A DNA stretch of 46,964 nucleotides from Octopus bimaculoides (GCF_001194135.2 NC_068990.1:82941175-82988138), one strand, 5' to 3'. Positions 1-13,826 are shown, counted from the first letter of the stretch. Made by a program: numbers and translations. Notes: generated from the letters alone by a model not told the origin.

Positions 1-48
<48 letters not shown>
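1..48. repeat. (TA)n microsatellite
   Basis: Pure TA repeat at window start. Confidence 0.98.
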
Positions 49-51
<3 letters not shown>

Positions 52-306
52 TGTATGTGTACACATACATACGCACACACGTATATATATGTGTGTGTAA
101 TATATATAGACATTTATATATAGATATATGTGTAGATTTTACACAAGCACACATACAGACACGCACGCACGCTCACACAGAAACACAGACACGCACACCC
201 ACAAACACACGTACTTCTGAAACAGGATATATTTTGATTTTTCTGACCATTCTTCTGGAACAACGTAAGAAAGGCGAGAAACGCAGTCTGGATTTCTTCC
301 ACCTCT

Positions 307-497
<191 letters not shown>

Positions 498-1303
498 ATT
501 GTAGTTGTTGTTCTTGGTAGTTCTGATATTGCACTTGCTTCCTTAGATTGTTATTTATCTATCTAACTTATATTTCTCTAAACATTTTGTATTTCTTCAT
601 TGTAATTTCCATGAATAAAACTCTTTGTTTACAATGAATTCTTTCAGCTTTAAGAATTTTCTGCAGTTCTTTATGAATTCCTGACAGGAGAAATCAGTGA
701 AATAATACATTGCTTTAGTGTGTGTCTTTCAATTGTTTTTTCTTTTGTGTATTTGTCTTATTTCCTTCTTTTTCTCACACTCTCGGATTTTTTCTTTTTT
801 CAGTTTAAAAAAATAAACGTGTATTTTTCCCGCAGACATATATTCATATTTTACATGATAGTAATGAGATTTAAAACATTTGGCGAATGTATTCCTTTTC
901 TTGTTCGTAGGAGTAATATTATAATATTGTTGTATATCCTATGCTCGACCCCGTTCGAGCAGATGTATCGTAAAATTATTTCTAGACGTGAACATATACT
1001 TTTGAATCTCCCGATCTACATGCTTCAATATATGTTTTCTTCTTTTTGAAAGCAGCATAATTTCGCCCAGTCAACTTCGGCTACTATTTCTCACAAGTCT
1101 ACTATCCACATAGACACCTTATCGTTAGCTGCTTACTACCAAATTGTGATATAATGAATACTTCTGTTTCTAAGATTCTTGATTTGAATTCATTAGCATA
1201 ATGACTCTCTAACGACAAAATGTACAGCGAGGTGTCTTGAGAAAACGATAAAATCGCGTTAAAAGATAACTGCAAGTCAAAGTTTTTCCTTTCTATGACC
1301 ATT

Positions 1304-1365
1304 TAAGACGGTGCTTCAGCATGGCCGCAGTCAAATGACTGAAACAAACAAATGAATAAAAGAAT
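1304..1365 (+). mobile_element. 3' tail fragment of SINE family A
   Basis: CGGTGCTTCAGCATGGCCGCAGTCAAATGACTGAAACAA matches the tail of the full copy at 29340-29390. Confidence 0.85.
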
Positions 1366-2224
1366 GCATTCTGACTGAATTATCTTGTAATTCTCTAAAA
1401 GTTGAATTATTTCACGCCATATTACGTGACAATTCATAACACCACGCCAGTATCTGCCCATTATTGTCCAAAACTTCTTTTATCCAAGAGAAACCTCCCC
1501 AGCTGTCTCTATTGTCATGTATTAATTTTTTATTTGAATTAAGAATTTGTGTGCAAGTTATTTGCGACTCATCGGAACTTAGCACTCCAGGCGATCGCTT
1601 ATTTTGCTTAGAGAGTATCACCGGTCATTAGTGAGTTGTTCTATGGTGCTAGTGATGACGAAATCGACGCTAAAAACTTCGAACACACAAGTACAAACCA
1701 TACATGAACGAAATATCATTTAATCAACGACAAATAAAAGTGGTTGATGTTGCTGAAGATAGCCATGATCGAACATACTGATAAACAAAGACCATTCCAA
1801 CTGTTACCGTCATCATGTATACGGCAATGCATATATTCATTATTTCTTATATATCCATCATCCATATTTCATTCGATTTTAAAGAAAGCTGAATATGATT
1901 AGAAAATATTTTCCTGCTGTTTATAACACTTTTGCCGACCACAAAGTTAGTTAGTTGCCGCCAATAAATTGGAAATAAAAATCATTTACCGAACGACTGT
2001 CCTTTATTTCATTTTGTTTTCTGATTTTGCTGATTTTTTTGAGGTTTTTTTTTTTTTCGCAGGGAAAAATCATAATTTTTTAAATCTGTTCTTTTCTCCA
2101 GGTTTCTGTTTTTCTTTTCTATTCTGTAAGAGATAATAAGATTTGTTATATCGCCATGAAGCTATTATCAATTGAATTTTACCATCCAGTCTGCACAACG
2201 TAATGTTGAACACAGAAATATTTT

Positions 2225-2637
2225 ACTGATGAGAAGGAGGGGGGAATGGAAGCGGGGAGAATGATACGGAGGAAAGGTAGGAAGAAGAGGTAGTGGAAGT
2301 GATGGAGGAAGAGATGGTGAAAGGGGGGAGGAAGAAGAGAGGAGGAGGAGCAAGAGGTGGTGAAAGAGCTGGAGTAAGAGGAGGAGGAAGTAGTGAAAGA
2401 TGTGGAGGAAGAGGAGTCGGAGAAAGGTTGAGGAGAAGGAGGGAGGGGAAGAGAAGGAGGAAAGGGAGGAGAAGGAAAAAAAGGGGTGGAGGAGGAGGAA
2501 GGGAGGACAAGGATGAGGAGAAGAAAGAGAAGTTGAAGGAAGAGAAGTAGAAGGAAGAAGTCAAGAAGAGAAGGAGGAGGAGAAGGAACAAGAGAAGGAA
2601 AAAAGGAAGGAGGAGGAGGAGGAGGAGGAGGAGGGGG
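2225..2637. repeat. GA/GGA-rich polypurine low-complexity tract
   Basis: Almost exclusively G/A on +; generates poly-P/S/L/R ORF artefacts. Confidence 0.95.
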
Positions 2638-2713
2638 ACACAGTAAAATTGTAATTTCAGAACGATTTCCCAACATGCGCCCATGTGAGACACGTCTGAC
2701 CGTACCTGTGTAC

Positions 2714-2833
2714 CTGTTCAATTCCTTTCGGTAGTGCTTATTGAGTTGTTGAAAGACGTGCCTTAGAAATGGAATCATCATCATCAGCTCATATTCCAGG
2801 AATTTCTGTAGAATGCACCGCCTCAGCTCGTGC
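2714..2833 (-). CDS. Candidate coding exon (ambiguous): HELRRCILQKFLEYELMMMIPFLRHVFQQLNKHYRKELN
   Basis: GC-richer island; minus-strand acceptor TTGATTTGCAG|G and donor AACAG|GTACAC; 120 nt, symmetric phase 2-2, open. An alternative + strand exon (2812-2887) overlaps it; no homology recognised. Confidence 0.2.
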
Positions 2834-3312
2834 CTGCAAATCAACAACGAATCCATGATGAGCCCGACTTGCAGATGGCGTGGGCAGGTGATGGAACACA
2901 TGAGGAGATGGAACCCATCATGCGGTTAAGAAATTGTTAAGTTTTGTCTGCCTGTTTTGTCCTCATTTAAAGGTATATACCCCGATTAAACATTTTCATG
3001 TTGACTAAATGGCCATTCTCCCCCTTCTGGCAGAAAATTCACAAATGTTCAGTCTACCCTCCACCCGAAATTGTAGTTATTAAGGGCGTTCATCGACTTT
3101 TCTCCTGAAGTTGATTATACGAGACTTGTAGAGTGTACCTTCATTCGTTGCCGCAATCCATATCATCACAGCGATGTTAAATATAAATTTATATAACCTA
3201 TCGTAGTCAGTCACCAAATTTAATTTCCGGCCCCCTGAATTGATACTCACGTTAATAAATATCTATTATAAATAACATCGGCACGAACACAAGGCAATAC
3301 CACATACATATG

Positions 3313-3328
3313 CACACACACACACACA

Positions 3329-3365
<37 letters not shown>

Positions 3366-3381
3366 ACACACACACACACAC
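3313..3381. repeat. (CA)n-(CT)n-(CA)n compound microsatellite
   Basis: Direct reading. Confidence 0.95.
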
Positions 3382-4644
3382 CACAAAATAACACTTATAT
3401 ATAATCTCTAGTATTACTAATGGTGATTTACTTTTTAATACAATCAAGAGGCACCACTTAATAACAGCTCACAATTTCTCTTAAATGAAATCCCACTCAC
3501 TATACACGAAGTATTATTGCTCATACGATTACTAAAGATGAGGGAATCTCCATTCGTCTATTAATGTGAAGTCACTCCATCAATCTTTATTTTCGAGCGA
3601 ATGGTATCTCTGGCTAACGTTCCTCAGTGATTATGATAATAATAGTTTCATATCTGATGTCGCCTGTAATTTCCGAACTCAGATTCAATTATTATTAGTC
3701 ATAAGTATTATTGATTAAATTAGGATTCCAACTACATTAAGTATTATGGCACTGACTTGACTGCTAATAGAGGGTGACAGAATATTAATTCTGTGAGACA
3801 ACAACACCTGGTTACCATTAGAATATATAGCTCAAACTGGATATTCAACTATATAACTAGATAAATATGCGAATGTAAAAGAAATAGGTGTTCACTTACA
3901 GAGCTTACTCTGGAGACAGGAGAGTGAAACATAAAAATATGTTTAGTATATGCATAAATTATGAAATGTCTTCAAGAAAGTCTTGGCTTCCGTGGTGTTA
4001 TACATTATCAAACCTATGCTGCTATTAAGAGAGAATGTATAACATTAAAAGCTCTTTCTAGTTTAGACAAGAGTTTAGCAAATTTATGAGAGAAAAGGTT
4101 TGGGCGTATCATTGACTCCCGTACATAACTAGAACTGCATGTGATCGGCTTTGGAGTGATGAAAGAAAAAGTGCCTCGTTTATTTTCCGTGCAGTCTGGG
4201 TGAAAACACCAATTTCCTCCATTTCTCAAAAACTCATAAGATTAGACTCGACATACCTTAAAGAAAATAAACAACCGAAATTTAATCTTCTTCTTTGACT
4301 GATTTATGTCAACATATACGGTCAACGCTATTTTTCCCGGATTTCCGATTGTTCTCCATCACACGAAAGCTGATGTCGATAAGCCGTGCTTACAATTCAA
4401 ATTAAAAACTATTATAAGTAAACAACAGTGTACTTTGAAGCAAACAAATGTCTTCTTTTTTTTAATAATAATGCTACATTAAAGAGCAAACACGTCAATT
4501 CTCTTTGTATAGAGAAACAATAAAGAATTCTAAGCTAAATAGCTAGATATATATACCAGAATATTTCAAAGAAAAACAACAGATGCCTAGGACACACCAA
4601 ATCTAATCAAATACAAAACACCTTGCTACCGCGCATCAACAAAG

Positions 4645-4868
4645 GAACCTCTAAGTTGTCACTTGATCTACTAGAAATAACAGCAAAATATCATTCAAAA
4701 TTACATGTCGACTTTGTAATGTGTTATGGGAAGAGACTTAGAAAAAAACGAATTTCAAGATGCACGATGACACAGAAAATAATTTGAGTATCATGAGTGG
4801 AAACATCTTGATCGTAGGTCTGCTAATTCAGAGCAGATCTCGGGATAATCTGCAACAACAACAATAAC
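4645..4868 (+). mobile_element. Interspersed repeat family C (SINE/LINE 3' part with (CAA)n tail), diverged
   Basis: CTAGAAATAACAGC..., GATCGTAGGTCTGCT...CAGAGCAGATCTCGGG, then CAACAACAACAAT; similar segments at ~39570-39727 and ~41855-42040. Confidence 0.5.
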
Positions 4869-6629
4869 CAGTAGATAACATTGTACGGAGGAGTAAAGCA
4901 ACAGAACATTGTTATCAAACATGAAAATATAAAACGATCACACAAGTGATGTTTATCACAATAACGGTTCTTTGTTACTCTGGTACATACGCCGAGCATA
5001 TCACTGGTATTTATTATTATAAGGACACGGGATTGGTAAAAGCATATTCCATACTTGTTTAATGAAATAAAGTTGAATATATCAGCGGTCTAAAAGCCGG
5101 CGGCTGATGTTTGGTATTTTTCATTATCTATAGAATTACGCATTGTAGGGTGTTAGTTATATTTTCAAAAACAAAGATGTCAGTAAGTTTCAAATATTAC
5201 GGCCAATCGGCATACTCATTTGAGTATCGGATAGATTGTCTTGTGGTAACCGTTCTGCGTGTTTCTACCATGAGTTGAAACCTTGCCGGAGTCATTTTCC
5301 CCTTTCATTGTTTTGGCGTCTATCGATAAATTACCAGTCCTATACTGAGATCGATCCCCCTTTTTCTCTCATCTTTCTTTCTATCGTTTTCTTTCCCTCT
5401 GGAAGACATTGGCCGTGTTCAAACCTGGAGATGGACCGGTTTCAACCATATCGAAAGTGCGCAAGACTCACTGTATGTCATGACGGCGCTCCAACGACTG
5501 CATCAAGTAACAAGAGGCCTATGGTATGGCATGACATGGCGTATTTGAGGTGGAGGCTGGAAATTGTTCATAGCAACAGGAGTGTGTCTAAATTTGGGAT
5601 AATACTATGCGAGTGAAATAAAGATTTATCGATCTTACTTTTTTATGTTATATTTACTTAATTGTTACCAAGTGTGTGTGTGATTTCTTAAGTGTGTGAA
5701 GAAATTCTTCAAATAAACATTTGAATTATGGTGGAATAGAATATATGAAAAGTCGATACTGTATAAAATATCTCATTGTACGATACAAGATGGAATTTAA
5801 TAAGGCAAAAAACGAAAAACAATAATCTATAAGATATCTACTTGGACAAACAAAGAAAAGATAGAGAAAGAAAGACAGACTTAATATAGTAAGAGAAAAT
5901 ATATGAAGGTATGATAAATATAGGCGCTATAGGGAAGAACGGCATATAAATTAAAATATAAAAGAAATTTAAGATAAAATTAGAATTGTTTTAGCTTAGT
6001 GATAATTAATAAATTGGTGGAATTTATATTGCTCTTAAAAGTTTCCTGCAACAAAACTGATGCATAAAGTGTCTGTGGATTGAAGAGTAATGCTTTTTGT
6101 ATTGTTATTAGCAGATCTATTGTAAACTGAAGGAAAGTGGTGGGATGTAACCAGGTTTTTAGATACAAAATTAATGTGAGTGATATTAATATTAACAAAA
6201 TATAATCAAATACTCTATGATTGGAAACATACATTATTATTAGAAATAAGTATGTTATTAATATGCAGGAAAAACTAAAAATTGATCTCTGATAGTAACA
6301 GATTATTGAAAACTGCAAATTTTAATCACATGCTGCGTTATACGAGTCCTGATTTAATATTATAAATATACACGTTACTAACTTGTAAAATGTTGTTTTG
6401 TTTGTTTGTTTGATTTTTTTCTAGAATAATAGAATGATAATGACACGCAATATTTTTAGACGAAAAAGTGCATTGCTACAAGTATTATAATTGTAACTTA
6501 ATTATATGTTTCTGGTTTTCTGATATAAAGAAATATGGTAGCAAGTATTATTCAGGTGGGGGAATTATTAGTAGCTTTTGGAAAGGAAAATGCGTCTCTT
6601 TTAGTACTTTCCTTTTAAACTAGTTATTT

Positions 6630-6750
6630 ACCACGTGGTTTGGTATTCATTGCACAGTCACAAAATCATGAGTTCGATTCCTGAAACAGGTAGCACGTTG
6701 GCACCATGAGAAACACCGTTTTATGCCGATTCATTCTACCCAGCAATAGG
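6630..6750 (+). mobile_element. Degenerate tRNA-derived SINE head (family D)
   Basis: B-box-like GAGTTCGATTCC; resembles the head of the copy at 10946-11172. Confidence 0.5.
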
Positions 6751-6947
6751 TGAACACCGGTGCTGCTACATATCTTGTTCTATCTTTTAGATCCTGAATG
6801 TGTCACTGGATATAGAGTAAGTAAATCGAGATGGTATCTATGTTTGCGTACGATGATATAGAGATTTAAAATTATTACAAAACAATAATATATGTTATTA
6901 AACCATACTTACATGCAATTCTCGGCTGCCTATAGTATTTCATACAG

Positions 6948-6984
6948 ATTTTGGATCATTGTTGGTTTCAGAAACTGAAGAGAG
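6948..6984 (+). CDS. Candidate 37-nt exon (ILDHCWFQKLKR or DFGSLLVSETEE)
   Basis: TATTTCATACAG|A acceptor, strong GAG|GTAAGA donor; two frames open. Confidence 0.25.
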
Positions 6985-8434
6985 GTAAGAATGAATGGAC
7001 AGGGCTAAAAGGATTAATGACTGCGGCAGCCGATGTCAGTATGGAATGAGGGTGTGTGCTATCCCTTTATTAGAGTCTCGTCGACCAAAATCTGAAATTT
7101 AGTGTTCTTTAGCTGGTGAAAAAGGCTGAGTCTGTTGTCTCAGGACACTGTAAGTTCAATCACGATGACTGTTTTGTACTCTTGAAAAGTAAGAACGGTG
7201 ACCAGCTGAATTCTGTTCGAAGGAAATTGTAGCTATGTAAGTGATTGTAAATAATTTTATTTGTTAGTTCTTTGTTTTTTTTTGTTTGTTTGTTTGTTTT
7301 TAACAGATCACCCTAGTACGTTAATTTTTAGTAAATCTATCCACAACCACATTTAAAATATGACACCATTTCTTTACAGATATGATACAACACATCTGCT
7401 AACTACAACATTCAATATTACTCAAAAGTAGAGAAAGAGAGAGGGAGAGAGAAAGAGAGAAGAGAGAGAGAGAAATAGATTATCTATCAGTTTCCTTGCA
7501 GACGGCTTCTGATATAAGTATAAACTTATCAACCATCACTGATATTATCTATAGACATTTTGCTTTATCTTAATTAATACATACTATTGTACTTGTAAAA
7601 CCTGCGCAGCATAGTCTCTCATATTTCCGCTTTCTATATCATTAAGTCCCTTCCTTATATGTCACTTAAATTGGTCTCTTATAAAATATTGAATTTGTTA
7701 TACTTATATTCTCTCGGAGTTCCAACAATTACATACCTTATATAGTATCGACTATTCTTATTAATTTGTCTTTCATCATAATTTTAACAATCGTTAAGAT
7801 AGTTTATCTTTGTACGCACAGCAAAACTTTATAAAACAATATGAAATGTTATTGAAATATATGTTTGTCTGGTTTAAAATTGCAACAAACTTAGACACTC
7901 TACCTATATGCTGTCCCTATTTTGATTACCGTTAATCCTCGAGTATAGCCCGCCCTTAAGTATAACACGCAGGGGATTTTTAGAGGACTGTATCTCTTAA
8001 AAACCTAAACCTTGTGTATAATACGCACCCATTCTCTAACTTGAGTCAAGGTGGTCTATATAACGTCCTTGGTTTGTAAACATATATACGGTAACGTCCT
8101 TTATTGTTATTGTATATATAACATAATGCAAACGTGTAGCTTTTTGTGCACTTTGTTTGCAGAAAATAAAGAAATAACAGTAATAACGTCAGTGAAAAAT
8201 AAATATTAAGTAAATTGCCTTTACATATTTATCACTTAGAAAATTTTGCTTAGAAAATATTTATAAATTTTAACCTCGTATATAGTACGCACTAGAAATT
8301 TTGACCTTTAAATTTTGGGGGGAAAATACGGATTATACTCGAGATTTTACGGTATATTTATTTTCTATATACCAGTAGCTTTCACTGTTTTGAAGATTTA
8401 TAAATTTCCGTCTACAACGAGAATTATAAAACAC

Positions 8435-8934
8435 NNNNNNNNNNNNNNNNNNNNNNNNNNNNNNNNNNNNNNNNNNNNNNNNNNNNNNNNNNNNNNNNNN
8501 NNNNNNNNNNNNNNNNNNNNNNNNNNNNNNNNNNNNNNNNNNNNNNNNNNNNNNNNNNNNNNNNNNNNNNNNNNNNNNNNNNNNNNNNNNNNNNNNNNNN
8601 NNNNNNNNNNNNNNNNNNNNNNNNNNNNNNNNNNNNNNNNNNNNNNNNNNNNNNNNNNNNNNNNNNNNNNNNNNNNNNNNNNNNNNNNNNNNNNNNNNNN
8701 NNNNNNNNNNNNNNNNNNNNNNNNNNNNNNNNNNNNNNNNNNNNNNNNNNNNNNNNNNNNNNNNNNNNNNNNNNNNNNNNNNNNNNNNNNNNNNNNNNNN
8801 NNNNNNNNNNNNNNNNNNNNNNNNNNNNNNNNNNNNNNNNNNNNNNNNNNNNNNNNNNNNNNNNNNNNNNNNNNNNNNNNNNNNNNNNNNNNNNNNNNNN
8901 NNNNNNNNNNNNNNNNNNNNNNNNNNNNNNNNNN
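8435..8934. other. Assembly gap (500 N)
   Basis: N run; (TA)n on the right flank. Confidence 1.
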
Positions 8935-9522
8935 ATATATATATATATATATATATATAGTTTGCTTTTTTTTCTCATTAATTCAAAGATTAGAAAAATA
9001 AAGCGGTTGATCTTCCATAATTCAGCTTTCAACTAACATAAAACAAATTTACATATCTTACTCTACGTCATTATAAATTGATAATGTAGTCTTTTTAAAG
9101 TAACTAATTATTTGTTCTAACGAAATATTTCTCGTTAATATATAACGCTCCCTTTGTGTCAACCCCTTTATTCACTCCGAACAATATGATAAAATACAAC
9201 TAGACCTTTCTGCAAAATATGTGTTCTCTTTAAAGATAATTAACTAGAAGCGCTTTATGTAGAAGACCATTGCATCACCGAGTGGAGACTGAAAATTTCT
9301 ACGATAAACTATGTGAAATAAATAATAACCTCATACAAGGATTTAAGTCTTATTAGACCTACTTCTAAATAACCTTTCCTTGCTATGTAACAATGATATG
9401 GTAATGAATATTGTAAAGTTCAGGAGATTCATCGAGGAATTTCGGGAGAAATAAAATGCTTAATTACAACTCGTCATATCATAAAATATATGAACATTCG
9501 ATAATCTTAAAAAAAATTTTCA

Positions 9523-9712
9523 AGAGTGGCTGGTAACTAGTTTGCTTACCAAACAAATGGTTCTAAGTTCAGTTTCACAGCGTGACAATTTGGGTAAGTG
9601 TCTTCTACTATAGCCTCAGGCCGACCAAAGCCTTGTGAGTGGATTTGGTAGACGGAAACGGAAAGAAGCCCATCATATATACACACACACGTGTGTGTGT
9701 GTGTGTGTATTT
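9523..9712 (+). mobile_element. SINE family A (tRNA head + CORE-like body), 5' half ending in its internal microsatellite
   Basis: GGTAAGTGTCTTCTACTATAGCCTCAGGCCGACCAAAGCCTTGTGAGTGGATTTGGTAGACGGAAAC shared with copies at 21441, 26552 and 28973. Confidence 0.9.
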
Positions 9713-10945
9713 GTGTGTCTGCTCATGTGACTTTAATCTACTTTCTGCGTCCCTTTCCTCCTTTTTTTCTTTCATAAATTTGATACTGATCTGAAAATCC
9801 GGCCTCCATATATTCATTTTAGGTAACATACACACGTACATAAGTAAATTGAAATCACAATGCTTAGCTGTGCTCCATTTTCTTCGAAACCCAAAGAATA
9901 ATTACCGATATGTCTTGCTATAATCTCAGTGTAAAAACCTGTTTGTAAACTGCATTTATAATTACTAACTTTCCTTTCATAAGCACCCATTTTATAATAA
10001 CAGCCGTTTATTATAACTCTATGATGCGTATACATCTAATAACAAAATCGGTTTTCTGTTACACACCTTATTAATACAAAATACAATTTATTTTAAGGTT
10101 CTGCCGCTATGAAAACACATTAGATATTTTTGCAAAATATTAATGTATATAATTCAAATTTTAAACCAATTTCCTAAGAAGGATACGGCTTCATTTGAAA
10201 TTAGGTAATATTGATAAAACTTGTATCTAAATTCCTAATAATTCTTCAACCATAAGAACTATAATAGCTTTCTTACTGCACATCTTCTAATCACCACGTA
10301 CGGCATAACTCAAAATTTTAAAGAGATACATATAATGCCTGACAATTACCTTGAAAGAGGCGACTAAAAGAAATATTAATACCAGTAATCTATAAATCAC
10401 TTAAATTAAATTATTCTAATTTTGTTCTTGTTTTAATTATATTTAATTGATGTAATTCCAATTACTATTTCATTAACTGTATCTTAGATTGTTTAACTAG
10501 GTAAAACATAAAAATATTCCTATTCAAATCTTTCTTGTGTCCTACAATTAGATATATTATAAAATATCATCTTATATTTATCATTTTCTATCATCTCATC
10601 ATAATTTAAATACTTATTTTCAGGATTTATATCAGTACAGCTTACAACTCACACACAAACAATGTAGCAAAATTTTATTATGAAATAAAAGAGAAAACTA
10701 TGTTTATTTGAAACTGACTAAATAGAAATTACCACAAACCTATGTATTCTCCTTTAATGGCGAGCTGTACGACAGTTACATATTAATTCTATTCATTTTA
10801 AAACTAATGACAGCTTCAATTGTTCAAGGAGTACAGTAAACATACGTCATCATTTACACATTTTAAACGAATAATCAGAAGTACATTACCCACCCTATTT
10901 TTTTAGCTAATACATAAACACCTGTAAAAATTCTTTTTATTGTGT

Positions 10946-11172
10946 TTCTTTCTTTCGCCATGCCAGGCTTATGAGGGCCGGTTTCAAGGGGCGTATATAT
11001 TCCCCACTTGGATGGGACGCCGGTCCATTGCACGATTACTCATGTTTGCCAGCTAGAACAACGTGAAATGAAGTGTTTTGCTCGAGAACAAAACCCGTCG
11101 TCCGATCCAGGAATCGAAACCACAACCTTACGATCATGAGTCTAACATCCTAATAACTAAGCCACAGCCCTC
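10946..11172 (-). mobile_element. tRNA-derived SINE family D (V-domain-like body)
   Basis: Minus strand: A-box TGGCTTAGTTATTAGG, B-box GTTTCGATTCC, then ATGGACCGGCGTCCCATCCAAGTGGGG resembling the V-SINE central domain (recalled). Confidence 0.7.
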
Positions 11173-11193
11173 ATCCTCCAAATATTATAGAAC

Positions 11194-11710
11194 TATCAAG
11201 TCATCTCATAATTTCTGTCCGATTTTACTTTCTTAAAATTGAATGAAATTTAATAGTATTTTAGAATGTCTTAAATGGAATTAAAAATTATGTTTATGCA
11301 TTTGTGTACATTTAAACTAATTAAATATTATTTTACAGAATAATAGAATTAAAATTTCTTTCAGTAAAACCCTTTCTAACATGGTAGTATCCAAAGAGCA
11401 TTTGAGGCACATAATGCTTTATAAGAGCAAAAAAAGGAAACTTTGCAACCGAACCGACTCGAAACATACACTCAGTTTATGGGAAAGAATGCTTGAATGA
11501 AAGAACTTGCAGAAGATGGTTTGCAAAATTCAGAAGTGGAGTTTTGAGCCTTGAAGATGAAGATCGACCAGGACGTCCAGTTGAGTTTAATGATAAGCTC
11601 CTTGAGACATTACTTGAAGAAAATCCTGCATTATCAGTTGAAGAATTGGCAATAAAGCAGGTTCAAACCAGACAACTATTCATCGTCATCTTCAACAACT
11701 TCGAAAAGTT
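11194..11710 (+). mobile_element. Mariner transposon 5' fragment (TIR + HTH DNA-binding domain), degenerate
   Basis: TA + TIR-like TCAAGTCATCTCATAATTTCTGTCCGATTTT; ATG at 11381: MVVSKEHLRHIMLY..., then CLNERTCRRWFAKFRSG.LSLEDEDRPGRPVEFNDKLL (mariner WFxxF..GRP motif); frameshifted, no catalytic domain. Confidence 0.9.
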
Positions 11711-12029
11711 GTTTATGAATTTTACCCCACACATACCAATAGACACTGTTTTCCTGACCATAAATTTTGAAAATTCATAGAAAATAGGAAAACTATTTAG
11801 ATGTTTAAAATTCATTCTGAAACTGGTAAATTTGTTATACCATATTCACTTTTTAATTGAGCATTATTATTGCATTAGCTATTATAAATTAATAAAATTC
11901 CTTTATGATCTCAAAATAAAGAATTAAATATTTATTTAGAAATGTTTCCCGGTTTTCACTTATATATCAATAGAAAAATTTTCCATATCTTCATAAGGAT
12001 TTCTGTAATTGTATAAACTTGGACTATGT

Positions 12030-13100
12030 TCATCACCATGGAAGTTTCAGGTTTTTGTCAGTAGTAGTTGACATCACACATAAAATAGTTATTTTGGGAG
12101 TAAATTTTAATTCTTCAAATATGAAATTTTTAACAGGCTGTTGCAATTTTGCTTCACTCTCCAAGGGCAATTTTGCTGCATTTCTTATATGGTCATGATG
12201 GATCTTCCTATCCAAGTTCATAACATCAGACGATTCAATATGAATTTCTTAAATATGTCACTTACTTTGATTATTTCAATTTTTACTAAGACAAAGAACT
12301 CTAGAATTACATTTAAATTTAGTTATGCAACCATATCCTTTAGTTATCAAACCTTTCGGTATATGCCTATGAAACTTATAAGATTTTTCAACGTCCTGTT
12401 GGTTATAGATTTACCCATTTTCTAGTCTATATTGACTGATGATTTTTATAGAATTCAGTAGCCAAAAGATTAGCTGCACTTCCTTTAGCAGATTCTTTAA
12501 CTGCCAATTCGCCAACAATTTTGAATTCAATTATATTTTCCCATAAAGTTTCACACGATTTTTTTCTTTATTTTGATAATTCTTTATATAATTCTTTATA
12601 TTATATTGATAATACAAAATATGTTCGCAAAATTTATTAAGTACTTTATTTCTACCTTTGTGTGAGGAATAATTGTTTTTGTTTCCAACAAGTAATTCAT
12701 CTTCGTTATTCTTCGAAAATAATTCTCCTGTGACTCGTAATTTTCTAAAAAAATTCTGAAACTTATCTTTAATTTAATTTTAATTTGATCTCCAGGGTTT
12801 AAGGTTAATTTTTTTGTTTTTTGTCTTTTTAGTAGTATATTGATTTATGATATTATTAATGTCTTTTTTTTTGCTATATTTTATTCGAACGCATGTTGCT
12901 GTTCCCCTGGAAAGGGCCTGAAAAGTGGTTATTCAAATTACAATGATTTGAATTGTTAGTAGTGTGACTCCGTTTATGTGTTTCGAGATACTATTTTGGG
13001 ATATAATATTAAGTGTACTCAAGGATTCCATGATTTTTGGACAAGATTCTAATCTTTTTCTTTGATTATTTCTTATTATTGGAGAAACACTGATGTTTCT
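12030..13100 (-). mobile_element. Highly decayed retrotransposon pol relic, probably Ty3/Gypsy RT-thumb/RNase H
   Basis: Frameshifted fragments ANWQLK..KEV..FGY, TLKNLISFIGIYRKV, QQNC..LESEA.IATAC*KFH, TTDKNL; many stops; clade uncertain. Confidence 0.4.
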
Positions 13101-13536
13101 GTCTTAAAAACAATTTCTTCTTGATGTAATTCTAATTACACAGCTGCTATGCCTGTTTTGTAAACAAACATTTTACTTTGAAATGGCTTTGTGTTATATT
13201 GTTCTCAAAGACTATGTATTTTAACCTTATAAGATGGTTAGCTGTTTGTACATAGATTTTCAGATTCGTTTTTTTTTTTTTGCTTCTTTGAAATAGTTTC
13301 ACAGAATTGAGTTTCTTGCCGTATTTGGAATCTCAATTATGGAACGTGTTATCATTTTCGTTGTCTTCGAGGTTGAATGGTGTTCAGATTTCCAGTTTCC
13401 AAATTTTTTCCATAGTTTTGAAATATTCTGTAGAAGTTCTCCATTTGTATATTTTTTTAGTTTAATATGCATTTGTTCGCTTGTGGTTTAAAATTCCTTT
13501 AACGCTCCCCGATGCTTTTATCTACGCTAGTCTACA

Positions 13537-13548
13537 TCTCTCTCTCTC

Positions 13549-13594
<46 letters not shown>

Positions 13595-13793
13595 NNNNNN
13601 NNNNNNNNNNNNNNNNNNNNNNNNNNNNNNNNNNNNNNNNNNNNNNNNNNNNNNNNNNNNNNNNNNNNNNNNNNNNNNNNNNNNNNNNNNNNNNNNNNNN
13701 NNNNNNNNNNNNNNNNNNNNNNNNNNNNNNNNNNNNNNNNNNNNNNNNNNNNNNNNNNNNNNNNNNNNNNNNNNNNNNNNNNNNNNNNNNNNN

Positions 13794-13826
<33 letters not shown>

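Noticed and set aside
2179-2693. Pro/Ser/Leu-rich part of the 240-aa minus ORF and overlapping ORFs
   Set aside because: Polypurine low-complexity tract open in several frames
3960-4250. LWSDERK as a Tc1 WSDE motif
   Set aside because: Single short motif, stops nearby, no TIR or other transposase motifs
12400-12500. LATEFYK as an L1-type PGPDG..EFYK RT motif
   Set aside because: Neighbouring fragments fit Gypsy RT-thumb/RNase H better; LINE assignment unsupported
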